IMG/VR virus record: IMGVR_UViG_3300045988_124424
Coordinates: 1 to 64,000 of that record
From: a virus
DNA: 64,000 nt
Reading direction: 5' to 3' (one strand)
In this document: piece by piece, positions 27,559 through 36,871 of the stretch
Layout: the number at the start of each line of letters is the position of its first letter
How positions within the stretch are numbered: the stretch's first letter is position 1
Program-made: the position numbers and the translations under genes
The notes under the pieces: model-generated
Told to the model about the DNA's origin: nothing
Database searches by the model: none
Seen by the model: the letters and a program-made list of their open reading frames with translations, nothing else

Positions 27559-27697
27559 ATACAATGGCCCAAGGTTACACTTGGGCCTAATTGAAGAAAT
27601 AAAAGCAGCATTCATAGATTTCCTGCCTGCGGGAACAGTGATTTTAAGTGCTTTACTAATTACGATATTTTTAACATGGATTTTGGACAAGATTTAG
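27545..27697 (+). CDS. Possible small single-TM protein (50 aa).
   Basis: ORF MTKNKYNG...GTVILSALLITIFLTWILDKI, overlapping the flotillin stop. Not in the ORF track. Confidence 0.25.
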   Translation: MTKNKYNGPRLHLGLIEEIKAAFIDFLPAGTVILSALLITIFLTWILDKI

Positions 27698-27747
27698 AAC
27701 CAGAAGAACTGACCGGGCATTATGATCGGTGTTATAACCCCAAATAG
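27676..27747 (+). pseudogene. Remnant ORF (23 aa) ending DRCYNPK*, matching the C-terminal end of the HNH-like gene 17173-17694.
   Basis: The shared TATAACCCCAAATAG terminus lies inside the repeat family. Confidence 0.35.
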
Positions 27748-27939
27748 TATTAACCCAATATAATTCTATTATAAAAGTTTAATACATCTCTTTCAGAGAT
27801 CGGGTTATTAGCCTAAGCCTTGAAACAGAGGCTACGTTATTTGAGAATAAATAGTTACCAAGGAGACCGGAAGGTCTCCGAGGGGATGTATTAAAACATA
27901 TGAATAGCTTTAAATATATTTAATAGAATATGAGATATG
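27730..27939 (+). repeat. Intergenic structured repeat R-B, a short copy lacking the 134-bp block.
   Basis: Near-identical to R-A over about 210 bp. Hairpin GGAGACC-GGAA-GGTCTCC (the tetraloop differs from R-A). Stem GCCTT/GAGGC retains a G-U pair. Confidence 0.85.
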
Positions 27940-28284
27940 GAATTGATTTTGAAACAGAAGAAGAGGAGGATGAAGAGTATGACTGACGAGGAATTTGTAT
28001 TGGATAATAAGAAAAAGATTATAGTAAGAAAAAGAATATCTTATTTAAACAAAGGGGATAAAGTGTGGATTGTGTCTTCCGACGGGTATCTGCTACACAC
28101 GGACGTGGTTAGAGCCGAACGCGGACGGTCTTATGTGGATATAGACGGTATCCTGTATTGGAAACGAGGATTAGATGGCAAGCATCGTAATCGTAATAAC
28201 TACATGCAGTTCGCCATGACGCCGGAGGACGGTAAGAAGTATGTCGTATATTACCCGGAAGGATTTAAAGACAATGACTTATGA
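27937..28284 (+). CDS. Hypothetical basic protein (115 aa).
   Basis: The ORF starts inside the conserved end of R-B. Confidence 0.5.
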   Translation: MELILKQKKRRMKSMTDEEFVLDNKKKIIVRKRISYLNKGDKVWIVSSDGYLLHTDVVRAERGRSYVDIDGILYWKRGLDGKHRNRNNYMQFAMTPEDGKKYVVYYPEGFKDNDL

Positions 28285-29300
28285 TGGTCCCGGAAACGCA
28301 TTTGCTATATAAGGAGTTTAATGGCGTGAAACGTCTTGCCATATCTTATTCCCAGATAGATACGTTTCTTACTTGTCCAATGAAATGGTATAAGACTTAC
28401 GTGGAGGGCAAAAGGTCTACGGAAAAACAAGAAGCTACGTCTTATGGTACGGTTATTCATAAGACACTGGAATACTTCTTCAAGAACGGAAGACAGCCTT
28501 CTGGCAAAGACCTGGGGGAAGCTATAAGTTACTATGCTTACCAAGAAGACATACCTTGGCAATCACCGGAAAATATGATGATAGCCATGAAGCAATCTGG
28601 AGAGCTTCTTGCTTGGATTGTGGATCTGTTCAAAAAAGACGGCAATAGGTTTATGATAGCTGATGGTGATCTTAATCCCTGCGAGAAACTTATCAGACAC
28701 GGCGCTATAGTTGGAGTCGAAGAAGATTTTGTGCTGCCGTACCGTCTTCCTAAGCCTGTTAACATAAATGGAGTAATTCATACTCATGTGTACATAGTAG
28801 GATCGGTAGACCTTCATCTGGCTATAAAAAGCAAGAACGTAGTTCACCATTATGTCATAGATTGGAAATCAGGTAATAAGGTTTTTGATTCTAAGAAGTT
28901 GGAAACGAATTTACAGCATCCTATATATTCATTTTACATCTATAGAAAATATGGTGGAGTTCTACCAGATATGAACATCTATTTCTTTACCAGAACCAGA
29001 CAATACCAAAAGGTTAAGGTGGATGAGGAACGTAAAACAAAATCTATAGAGATGCTAAATGACACTTTGTCTAAAATGTATGATTTTGAAGATAATAGTG
29101 TAAAATCATTTCAAGCGTACATCCAGGGAGCAGAAGGAGCCAGGTATAGCAAGCGGCGTGCCACCCTAAGCCAGCCTGTTTCGCAAAACAAGCTACCCTG
29201 CCCGTCAGCACTGTGTTATTATTGCGACTTTGGATTACATAACAAAAACGAATGCCCTTTCTCTTCGGATTGGGATCCGTCTAAAAAGATAAAACGATGA
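28281..29300 (+). CDS. Cas4-like / RecB-family PD-(D/E)XK exonuclease with a Cys cluster (339 aa).
   Basis: N-terminal SQIDTFLTCPMKWY. Motifs GSVDLHL, VIDWKSGNK and QHPIYSFYIY (QxxxY). Three C-terminal Cys (CPSALCYYC...NEC) consistent with an Fe-S site. Confidence 0.65.
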   Translation: MMVPETHLLYKEFNGVKRLAISYSQIDTFLTCPMKWYKTYVEGKRSTEKQEATSYGTVIHKTLEYFFKNGRQPSGKDLGEAISYYAYQEDIPWQSPENMMIAMKQSGELLAWIVDLFKKDGNRFMIADGDLNPCEKLIRHGAIVGVEEDFVLPYRLPKPVNINGVIHTHVYIVGSVDLHLAIKSKNVVHHYVIDWKSGNKVFDSKKLETNLQHPIYSFYIYRKYGGVLPDMNIYFFTRTRQYQKVKVDEERKTKSIEMLNDTLSKMYDFEDNSVKSFQAYIQGAEGARYSKRRATLSQPVSQNKLPCPSALCYYCDFGLHNKNECPFSSDWDPSKKIKR

Positions 29301-29469
29301 AATACGAGGACGTTCAAAAGTTAAGAACAAAATACCGGCAAGATCCGGAAGTTATAAACGTAGAATACATGAGAGACGTTGCTGTAAGATGCGGGAATTT
29401 CAAGAAAGCGTTTGAGCTTCAGGAAAGACTGAAGGATATATGGTTTAACTACTTAAAAGAAATACAATG
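29297..29469 (+). CDS. Hypothetical small protein (56 aa).
   Basis: ORF MKYEDVQKLRTKYRQDPE... with ATGA overlap. Below the ORF-track cutoff. Confidence 0.3.
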
Positions 29470-29781
29470 AAAGAAGCATTGATAGCAGGAGCAGCGGTCT
29501 TTTTATTATCATACTTGTTTGTAACGATTCTTATAAAAATAAGCAGGGTAATAGATCGGTATAAGATGAAGAAGAAGACCGACAAAATAAAAGTTGGTCA
29601 AAGATACGAATACAAAGGCTACTTCATGGATCCATTTGAAAGAGGCAAGCATATAATCAAGATATTAGATATAAAGGAAGGGTACGCTCTGTACGAGTAC
29701 GGAAAAAGCCCAAGTTTGTTATGTTCTATGGAGCTTGAAGATATTGTCGAAAGATATGTTTTAATTACTGATATAAAATAA
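29467..29781 (+). CDS. Hypothetical protein with an N-terminal TM helix (104 aa).
   Basis: ORF. Confidence 0.5.
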   Translation: MKEALIAGAAVFLLSYLFVTILIKISRVIDRYKMKKKTDKIKVGQRYEYKGYFMDPFERGKHIIKILDIKEGYALYEYGKSPSLLCSMELEDIVERYVLITDIK

Positions 29782-29787
29782 GGGATT

Positions 29788-30174
29788 ATGGAAAAGAAAG
29801 TCACAATCAAAGAAGGGATGGATATTTTTTACAAAAATGCAGGGAAAGGTATATGGGTCTATATTGGACTTTTTGGAAATAAAGTGCTATCCATTTTAAA
29901 AAACAAAGGTGTTATTGCATGCGAAAACGATGCTGAATATTGCGTGTTGATGGATGGAGAAGATCATTTCATAAGTATAGCAAAAGACATGAGTCACGAC
30001 TATTGTTGTGAGTACGTTGTAGAAAGAGCAGAAGCCTACAGAGATTACCCCTCCAAAGGTGCTACATGCAGTGTATGCCTGTTTGAAGATAATGAGAATA
30101 AAGCAAGGGAGATGTTGAAAGAGGCGATAATAGAACTTTCAAAAAATAATATAATAGATTGTGATGGGCTTTGA
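29788..30174 (+). CDS. Hypothetical Cys-rich protein (128 aa).
   Basis: ORF. Confidence 0.5.
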   Translation: MEKKVTIKEGMDIFYKNAGKGIWVYIGLFGNKVLSILKNKGVIACENDAEYCVLMDGEDHFISIAKDMSHDYCCEYVVERAEAYRDYPSKGATCSVCLFEDNENKAREMLKEAIIELSKNNIIDCDGL

Positions 30175-31585
30175 ACTTAGACCTTACCAGAAAGAAGCAG
30201 TAGATGCCGGGCTTAAGTTTCTTACAGGAAGATCTAAAAAGCCTGGCATAATAGTAGCCCCATGCGGAGCGGGTAAGAGCCTTCTGATATCCAAGATAGC
30301 ACATGAGATAAATAGACCAACGTTAGTATTGCAGCCATCAAAAGAAATTCTGGAGCAGAATTATGCTAAGGCTGTATCGTTTGGCTCCGAACCTACTATA
30401 TACTCTGCCTCATGTGGCGTAAAGGAATTATCGGCTATGACTTATGCTACACTTAAAAGCATAAAGAAAGACGTAGCAAGGTTGAAAGATACAGGGATAG
30501 ATACCTTATTGATAGACGAATGTCATTCAGGATATTCTCCTGAAGAAGGTTCTGAATTTATGGAGTTTATGAGCGAGTTTCCCGAGGCGAAGGTGCTGGG
30601 CTTCACCGCCACTCCCTGCCGCCTCAGAGCCTACAGTTCCATGCTGGAAGGAAACTATAGCAAACTTAATATGCTGACAAAAGACGAGCATAACTTCTTC
30701 AAGAAGTTAGTTCATGTAATACAAATACAAGAGCTAACTTCTCAAGGTTTTTGGTGTCCACTTAAGTACGAACGATGGTCATTTGATGAATCGGCTCTGA
30801 TGTTAAACAGTACCGGAGCCGAATATACCAACGAATCTATTAAAGAAAGCATCGTACGAAATGGCTTAAACAACTCTATCTACAAGCGTCTTCTTCAGCT
30901 TATGAACGAGCGTAAAGCCATTTTGGTTTGTATGGATTCTATCGAATCATGTAATAGAATATCAGAGTTTATGAATGCCAAAATGGGAGCCATAACAGGT
31001 GTCGTAACATCGCTAACAACCAAAAAGAAAAGAGAGCAAATCATATCAGATTTCAAAGAAGGTAAGTTGAAGGTGGTTTTTAATTATTCAACGCTTGCTA
31101 CCGGATTTGATTTTCCTGAACTTGATTGTGTGATGTTTGGTCGACCGACTTTCTCATATTCAACGTATTACCAAATATTAGGCCGCGCCGTCCGCATCCA
31201 TCCTGACAAGAAAGAGGCGCTGATTATTGATTGCTGCGACAACATGAGGCGTTTCGGTCGGATAGAAGACTTGACAATCGAGCAATTCCCTTCTAAGGGC
31301 TGGTGTATGTTTGCCGGAGATCAACTTCTGTCCAATATAAGGATGGGTGATATTATTACCAAAGACGAGATCCTTCGCCGGGCAGCCTCGCTTAAATCTG
31401 TGAATGGAGATGGTAGGAGAGAAGACGATCTTGACAGTATAATAATGTGGTTTGGAAAATATGAAGGAATTAGATTCAAGGACATACCGGTGTCGTATTT
31501 TAGGTTCTTGGCTGAGAATATGGCAGTAAAACCAGGAGATAGAAAAGAAAAGATTATCGAATATTATAATAGGATAAAGGCATGA
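30161..31585 (+). CDS. Superfamily-2 DEAD/DEAH-type helicase (474 aa).
   Basis: Motif I GIIVAPCGAGKSLL. Motif II LIDECH. Motif III-like GFTATP. Motif VI QILGRAVR. Confidence 0.75.
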   Translation: MMGFELRPYQKEAVDAGLKFLTGRSKKPGIIVAPCGAGKSLLISKIAHEINRPTLVLQPSKEILEQNYAKAVSFGSEPTIYSASCGVKELSAMTYATLKSIKKDVARLKDTGIDTLLIDECHSGYSPEEGSEFMEFMSEFPEAKVLGFTATPCRLRAYSSMLEGNYSKLNMLTKDEHNFFKKLVHVIQIQELTSQGFWCPLKYERWSFDESALMLNSTGAEYTNESIKESIVRNGLNNSIYKRLLQLMNERKAILVCMDSIESCNRISEFMNAKMGAITGVVTSLTTKKKREQIISDFKEGKLKVVFNYSTLATGFDFPELDCVMFGRPTFSYSTYYQILGRAVRIHPDKKEALIIDCCDNMRRFGRIEDLTIEQFPSKGWCMFAGDQLLSNIRMGDIITKDEILRRAASLKSVNGDGRREDDLDSIIMWFGKYEGIRFKDIPVSYFRFLAENMAVKPGDRKEKIIEYYNRIKA

Positions 31586-31938
31586 ACAACAAGAGAAGAA
31601 AAAAAATATCGGATGTTATTAACAATGTAAATAAGTATAAAACGGATTTTGAATACATCAAATCAAAGTTGTCAGAGTTAAAGCACAACATAAATTCAGC
31701 CAAAGATGATGTTGATATGATTTTAGACGAAGAGACTGAGGCGAGAGATAATATACCTGAATCGTTACAAGACTCAGAAAGATATTGGGAATCAGATCAG
31801 GCTGTAACTTATATGGAGGAGGTGGTTGATGACATGGAAGGTATTATAAATGATTTAGATGATGTGATTTCAACCATAGATGGGAGCATTAAAACTATAA
31901 ATGGTTCTATTAAAGTAAATTTGGAAGGAATAATATAA
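31582..31938 (+). CDS. Hypothetical acidic protein (118 aa).
   Basis: ORF. Confidence 0.5.
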   Translation: MNNKRRKKISDVINNVNKYKTDFEYIKSKLSELKHNINSAKDDVDMILDEETEARDNIPESLQDSERYWESDQAVTYMEEVVDDMEGIINDLDDVISTIDGSIKTINGSIKVNLEGII

Positions 31939-32244
31939 ATGGAAACAAATGAATTAAGGGAAATACTTAAATTGTATGGTCTTCAACATGATGTTGTTAT
32001 CAACAAGAGTTCAAGAAGGTATTCTATTATCTTAGATAATAACATAATAGGAACCAATCACGACAAAGAGAGGGTGGTTGTGTTCCGTCCTATACCGGAA
32101 GGGAAAAACACATTCTGCATGGAGCGAGATAGGTTCTACACGGAGTTTGAAGAAGCTTTTGATGACGATAAAGCCATAGAAGCCGTAAGACAATATTTTG
32201 AAAACAATAAAACAGAAAGTCATGAACGAAAACGAAATATTTAG
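31939..32244 (+). CDS. Hypothetical protein (101 aa).
   Basis: ORF. Confidence 0.5.
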   Translation: METNELREILKLYGLQHDVVINKSSRRYSIILDNNIIGTNHDKERVVVFRPIPEGKNTFCMERDRFYTEFEEAFDDDKAIEAVRQYFENNKTESHERKRNI

Positions 32245-32569
32245 GTTGAAGGGCAGAATAGCCATATCTAACCTATCACGTGAGGATAAGAACATGATAA
32301 ATAGCATCCTTGATGGTGTCAACAAAAAGGATGAAGAGGAAAAAGGATATGTCTATACCGTGAGAGTAAAACTAAACAACGGAAAGGTTGTACATGCTAC
32401 TTTATTTTTTAAAAGCAAGACAGGTTCCACATTTGAAGAATTAAAGAAGGAGCTTGATGATATGGGAGTTAAAGATGATGATTATAGCAATAACGGCATA
32501 ATTATCATTAACCGCATTGTTATGAGCGGAGAAGAATTTGATCGCTTTATAGGCGAAGAAGAAAAATAA
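32198..32569 (+). CDS. Hypothetical protein (123 aa).
   Basis: ORF. Confidence 0.45.
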   Translation: MKTIKQKVMNENEIFRLKGRIAISNLSREDKNMINSILDGVNKKDEEEKGYVYTVRVKLNNGKVVHATLFFKSKTGSTFEELKKELDDMGVKDDDYSNNGIIIINRIVMSGEEFDRFIGEEEK

Positions 32570-32613
32570 TGGACTATATCATTATACTAATTGATTAAAA
32601 CAACGATAAAACG

Positions 32614-33180
32614 ATGGAAAAAATGGACAATAATACTAAAAACATCCTTTATCCAAAAGGATCTATTTTTCAAACACTGAAAGATGATAAGATAGATAAA
32701 AACACTATAATATACAAAGGATCTTTAGTGACTTCAGCAACAAACATAAAAGAAAATGACAAGTTTGCTGAAGTTTATTACAATGGAGACGCAATTATTA
32801 TAGAAACAGACATTATGGAACTTATTCGTGTAGGAGATCCAGAAAAAAGTACTTCAATAAAATCAGTGAAAAATGACATCATTGACGACAAACTACGATG
32901 GGATTTGCTTCCGATGGAAGAAATTGAGGACATTGTAAAAGTCTATCATGCCGGAGCCAAAAAATATGGGTCTAATAATTGGCAGAATCTTGACAACGGA
33001 TTTGAGCGGTATCGAGCTGCAATGTTTCGACACCTGATGAAATACATGAAAGGAGAAAGAGTGGATTCCGATACAGGATGTTTTCATCTTGCACAATGTG
33101 CATGGAACTGCATAGCTATGCTGTGGTATGACAAGCATGGAAAAGGGTTGATACCATTAAATAAGGAGGAAAAGAAATGA
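32614..33180 (+). CDS. Possible MazG-like / dNTP pyrophosphohydrolase-like protein (188 aa).
   Basis: Segment RWDLLPMEEIEDIVKVYHAGAKKYGSNNWQN...FERYRAAMFRHL is reminiscent of all-alpha NTP-pyrophosphatase domains found in phages. Assignment is from memory of the family only. Confidence 0.3.
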   Translation: MEKMDNNTKNILYPKGSIFQTLKDDKIDKNTIIYKGSLVTSATNIKENDKFAEVYYNGDAIIIETDIMELIRVGDPEKSTSIKSVKNDIIDDKLRWDLLPMEEIEDIVKVYHAGAKKYGSNNWQNLDNGFERYRAAMFRHLMKYMKGERVDSDTGCFHLAQCAWNCIAMLWYDKHGKGLIPLNKEEKK

Positions 33181-33485
33181 CAATAGAACAACTAAATTAT
33201 TTATTAAGAAAAGAGCTTTATGCTATAAAAAAACATAAAGACAATATTGATAGAATCAAAAAAGAATATTTTGATTCCAATTATGGGTTAAAAGAAGGAG
33301 ATAAGATCCGTATTTTACACGAAACAGGAGATGAAATGATAGGCTTCTTGAAAAAAGTTGAAGTATGTGAAGACGGAGATCTGTACTTGACAATCCAAAA
33401 ACAAAACGAAAAAGGTGACAAAGGCAGAGGAACATGGAATATGTATCTATCATCAAAATCAATTAAAATTGAAAAATGTGTATAA
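33177..33485 (+). CDS. Hypothetical protein (102 aa).
   Basis: ORF. Confidence 0.5.
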   Translation: MTIEQLNYLLRKELYAIKKHKDNIDRIKKEYFDSNYGLKEGDKIRILHETGDEMIGFLKKVEVCEDGDLYLTIQKQNEKGDKGRGTWNMYLSSKSIKIEKCV

Positions 33486-33489
33486 TGTC

Positions 33490-34668
33490 ATGAGAGTGTT
33501 AAGTTTATTTGACGGAATGTCATGTGGTCAAATAGCGTTAAAAGAAATAGGGATCACGCCTGAAGTATATTATGCGTCAGAAATAGATAAGTTCGCTATT
33601 AAACAAACGCAATTAAATTTTCCTAATACGATACAAGTAGGAGATGTGAGGGATTTAAATGTAGAAGATCTTGGACGCATAGATCTTATTTTAGCCGGCA
33701 GCCCATGTACGGATATGTCTTTTTCTGGAAAAAGAAAAGGGTTGTCTACCGTAGAAGGAATAGAAGTCAAATCACTTAATGAGTATCTTGAATTAAAAAA
33801 ACAAGGATTTGAGTTTGCCGGTCAGTCTTACTTGTTCTGGGAGTTTATTCGTATTTTGAATGATGTAAGAAAAACTAATCCTGATGTGTTGTTTCTTCTT
33901 GAGAACGTTAAGATGGGAAAGAAATGGGAGCCGGTATTCGATGATGCTATAGGGTGTAAGGGCAATCATATTAATTCAGCACTTGTTTCAGCTCAAGTCA
34001 GGAAACGTATTTATTGGACTAATATTCAAGACGGCATTATTCCTCAACCTGAAGACGAAGGTTTGACCATAAGTGATATAGCTGAATATGAAGTAGATGA
34101 AAAATATTACTTATCTGAAAAAGTTTTAAACAATTTAGCTTTTCACTTAAAAAGAAATCACGACAAGGGAAATTATTATGGAGCTAATATTAAAACAAAA
34201 GATGAAAAATCCAATACTGTTACCGTAAAGGGTAAATACACGTACGATCTTATTTGTGTAGCAATGAGAGGTAGGAATCCAGAAAAACCTACATGTAGAG
34301 AATCTGGTCTTAAAACAGTTCAGATGATTGAATTTAAAAACGATAGAAAATCCAATTGTCCCACAACAGTTCAGAAAGATAATCTTATTTTCCAAATACC
34401 AAGAGGATTTAACAAAGGTGGATTTCATGAAGATAAGGCTCCAACATTATCTTGTAATTCATATGATAGAAACAATTTTATCATACAGAGAGCATTACAT
34501 GGCGATTTCAGAATAAGAAGATTAACCCCTACAGAGTGCTCCAGGTTACAGACTGTACCAGATTGGTATAAATGGGAATGCAGCGAAACCCAACAGTACA
34601 AGATGTTGGGAAACGGGTGGACTATTAAAGTTATTGAACATATACTTAAAAGAATAAAAGAATCATGA
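33490..34668 (+). CDS. DNA (cytosine-5)-methyltransferase (about 392 aa).
   Basis: C5-MTase motifs: I LFDGMSCG, IV GSPCTDMSFSG, VI LLENV, VIII QVRKRIYW and X RLQTVPDWY...LGNGWT. The start is chosen at the internal ATG (MRVLSLFDG). Confidence 0.85.
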   Translation: MRVLSLFDGMSCGQIALKEIGITPEVYYASEIDKFAIKQTQLNFPNTIQVGDVRDLNVEDLGRIDLILAGSPCTDMSFSGKRKGLSTVEGIEVKSLNEYLELKKQGFEFAGQSYLFWEFIRILNDVRKTNPDVLFLLENVKMGKKWEPVFDDAIGCKGNHINSALVSAQVRKRIYWTNIQDGIIPQPEDEGLTISDIAEYEVDEKYYLSEKVLNNLAFHLKRNHDKGNYYGANIKTKDEKSNTVTVKGKYTYDLICVAMRGRNPEKPTCRESGLKTVQMIEFKNDRKSNCPTTVQKDNLIFQIPRGFNKGGFHEDKAPTLSCNSYDRNNFIIQRALHGDFRIRRLTPTECSRLQTVPDWYKWECSETQQYKMLGNGWTIKVIEHILKRIKES

Positions 34669-35195
34669 TTAGAGCAAGATTTTACATTAAAAAATCCGAC
34701 TGCGATAACGACTACCGTCCAGTCAAATGGCCTATAAAATATCCATATTGGTGTAGTGCAGAATCCAGTAATTCATTTGTATTGGTGGCGTATGCTGAAG
34801 ATGAAGACAGCATAAAAGAACTGTGGCCGGAGGCGTATGATATTAATGTCTTAGAGAAAGATACCGAAATTAGATTCACATTAAGATTCCCTAAGCCGGA
34901 ATGGTATGAATTGTACGAAAGGGAATTAGAAGAATGTGATAGATTTATATGGGTTACGGATGCGTGCCTGAGAGACGGTATAATAAGAAAAGTAAAAGCT
35001 AAAATAGAAGAGTATGGTGGTCTTTTGTTAGCTGACATTCCTGATAGGTTCACTCCTTATGAAATAGGAAGGGATGCTTTTGAGAGCAAAGAAGAAGCTT
35101 TAAAACATGCAGAGGAACGGAGAGCGCACCTGATCGAATCTATTAAGAAACAATTGAATGAACTTGAAAATCTAAAATTTGAATGCGATGATTAA
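34665..35195 (+). CDS. Hypothetical protein (176 aa).
   Basis: ORF with ATGA overlap. Last gene of the plus arm before the insertion. Confidence 0.55.
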   Translation: MIRARFYIKKSDCDNDYRPVKWPIKYPYWCSAESSNSFVLVAYAEDEDSIKELWPEAYDINVLEKDTEIRFTLRFPKPEWYELYERELEECDRFIWVTDACLRDGIIRKVKAKIEEYGGLLLADIPDRFTPYEIGRDAFESKEEALKHAEERRAHLIESIKKQLNELENLKFECDD

Positions 35196-35292
35196 TTACG
35201 CAGCAAAAGCCAGAAAAGCTTATTTGATAAATAAGGTGATTATATACAACTTTACACTACTACTAAAAAATAATCATTGACCAGCACATCTT

Positions 35293-35336
35293 ACAACCTC
35301 ATAACAATATTCATAAAAATGTTGTTATGGGGTTGT
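35293..35336. other. Long hairpin (about 15-bp stem) ACAACCTCATAACAA / TTGTTATGGGGTTGT.
   Basis: Read directly. Resembles the hairpin at 38109-38155. Confidence 0.6.
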
Positions 35337-35651
35337 TTGCATTTCCAAATATCTATATCTTTGCCCTCACGTATTAGAGTTAAGACGTAGAAGCGTTAAG
35401 ATATTATCCGGCATTGAAATCTGGACAATTTCATCGAACAGGATAATAGCAAATGTTTCTACGCCTGTGTTGTTGTATATCACTTTGCTTAATACAAAGG
35501 GCAAACTATATACCAGCATAAGGCGTGGATCTATTGTGTATTATTGTTTGATGGGCAGTCCAGAGCCTCAATGTCATAATATCCAATAGTCTCCGCGCTT
35601 TTTTTATTTGTTAATCTTTCGAAGGAGGCAGAAAGAGCAAAATTATTTCAT

Positions 35652-35970
35652 ATGAAAAAGTATCTATTATTGTTAGTTGTTCTATTTAATAGGTTCATGG
35701 GGAGAGCAATTCCCCGCAGATGAATTTTTCGAACTCACATTTTATAATGACGATACAGGCGTAATGACTGTATATTACAATGAAGGCAAAAAGAAAAGCC
35801 CAGATCCTTTCACATACTCTTTTGATAAAAATACAATGAGGTTAGTCATTGTATTTGATAGTGACCCTGAGCCACCTATTGTTTATGATGTAAAGGCGTC
35901 AGAAGGTTGGCTGAAACTTGATTGTATATCTGGTGATTTTGAAGATTTCTCAATGTACAAAATAAAGTAA
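35652..35970 (+). pseudogene. Frameshifted lipoprotein-like gene.
   Basis: The signal-peptide ORF MKKYLLLLVVLFNRFMGRAIPRR* (35652-35723) is in one frame. The 97-aa body (35677-35970) is in the +1 frame. C4 and T5 homopolymers lie in the overlap. Confidence 0.4.
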
Positions 35971-36065
35971 TACGAAACAATATGATAGTAAAAGCGGTGG
36001 TAACTTAGTTTATCACCGCTTTCTTTTTATAAATCAATTAATTATTCACTTTTAAAATTAAAAAC

Positions 36066-36245
36066 ATGAAAACAATTGAATCCAGAAAAGAAATTATTGA
36101 ACAAAGACTTAATGAGCTTTTTGATATAAATGATAAGAGAAAATTTTCTAAAGAAGAACATGAGGAATTTGTAAAATTGACAAATGAACTTCATAGTAAC
36201 TATGGAAAAACAATTATAGATACTTCTATTTCATTTCAACTATAA
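36066..36245 (+). CDS. Hypothetical small protein (59 aa).
   Basis: ORF MKTIESRKEIIEQRL..., below the ORF-track cutoff. Confidence 0.3.
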   Translation: MKTIESRKEIIEQRLNELFDINDKRKFSKEEHEEFVKLTNELHSNYGKTIIDTSISFQL

Positions 36246-36703
36246 GAGTTCTGTTGGATAAAACTGATTTCTAAATCCAAAGGGAAATCTGTATTTATCT
36301 TATCAGAAACATGCAAATAAAAACACAGCATAGGTGGATTTTTAATATTAATACCATTATTGAGTTGTAACCAGCTAGCTTGATGTATAAAATGCTGATA
36401 CAAAAATTCAGTAACAAGTCCTTTTAATTCTTCTTTATTACATGGATTTGAAGTTTGAATATTATATGTAGCAATATATGTATGTAATATACGTTTATTT
36501 TCATTACAATAATAATCTATAGGAGACATATTAGAGTCAATTTTTATACGATAATTAACATTAATACAATTTACAGTTATTTTAGTAGAAAATTTACCAG
36601 AACAATTATCTCCTGATTCCAAACATTCAACTGGCTTTGTTTTATCTTCATTATTTATCACATATCTATAATGGGATAAAAATGTTATTTCTCTATTTTC
36701 CAT
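36236..36703 (-). CDS. Hypothetical protein (155 aa).
   Basis: ORF in a very AT-rich segment, convergent with 36066-36245. Confidence 0.4.
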   Translation of the reverse strand: MENREITFLSHYRYVINNEDKTKPVECLESGDNCSGKFSTKITVNCINVNYRIKIDSNMSPIDYYCNENKRILHTYIATYNIQTSNPCNKEELKGLVTEFLYQHFIHQASWLQLNNGINIKNPPMLCFYLHVSDKINTDFPLDLEISFIQQNSYS

Positions 36704-36871
36704 GATATTAGTATTATTAAGTTAGACAATCCTCAAAAATAGAAAAGAATCAGAAATTTAACAACAAAAAAAAATAATTCAAAATCAGATATTCGATGAA
36801 TTTAATTGATTTTTAGTTGGTTATATGAATATATTTTTGTATTTTTATAATCCAATATAAAGATAAGAAGT

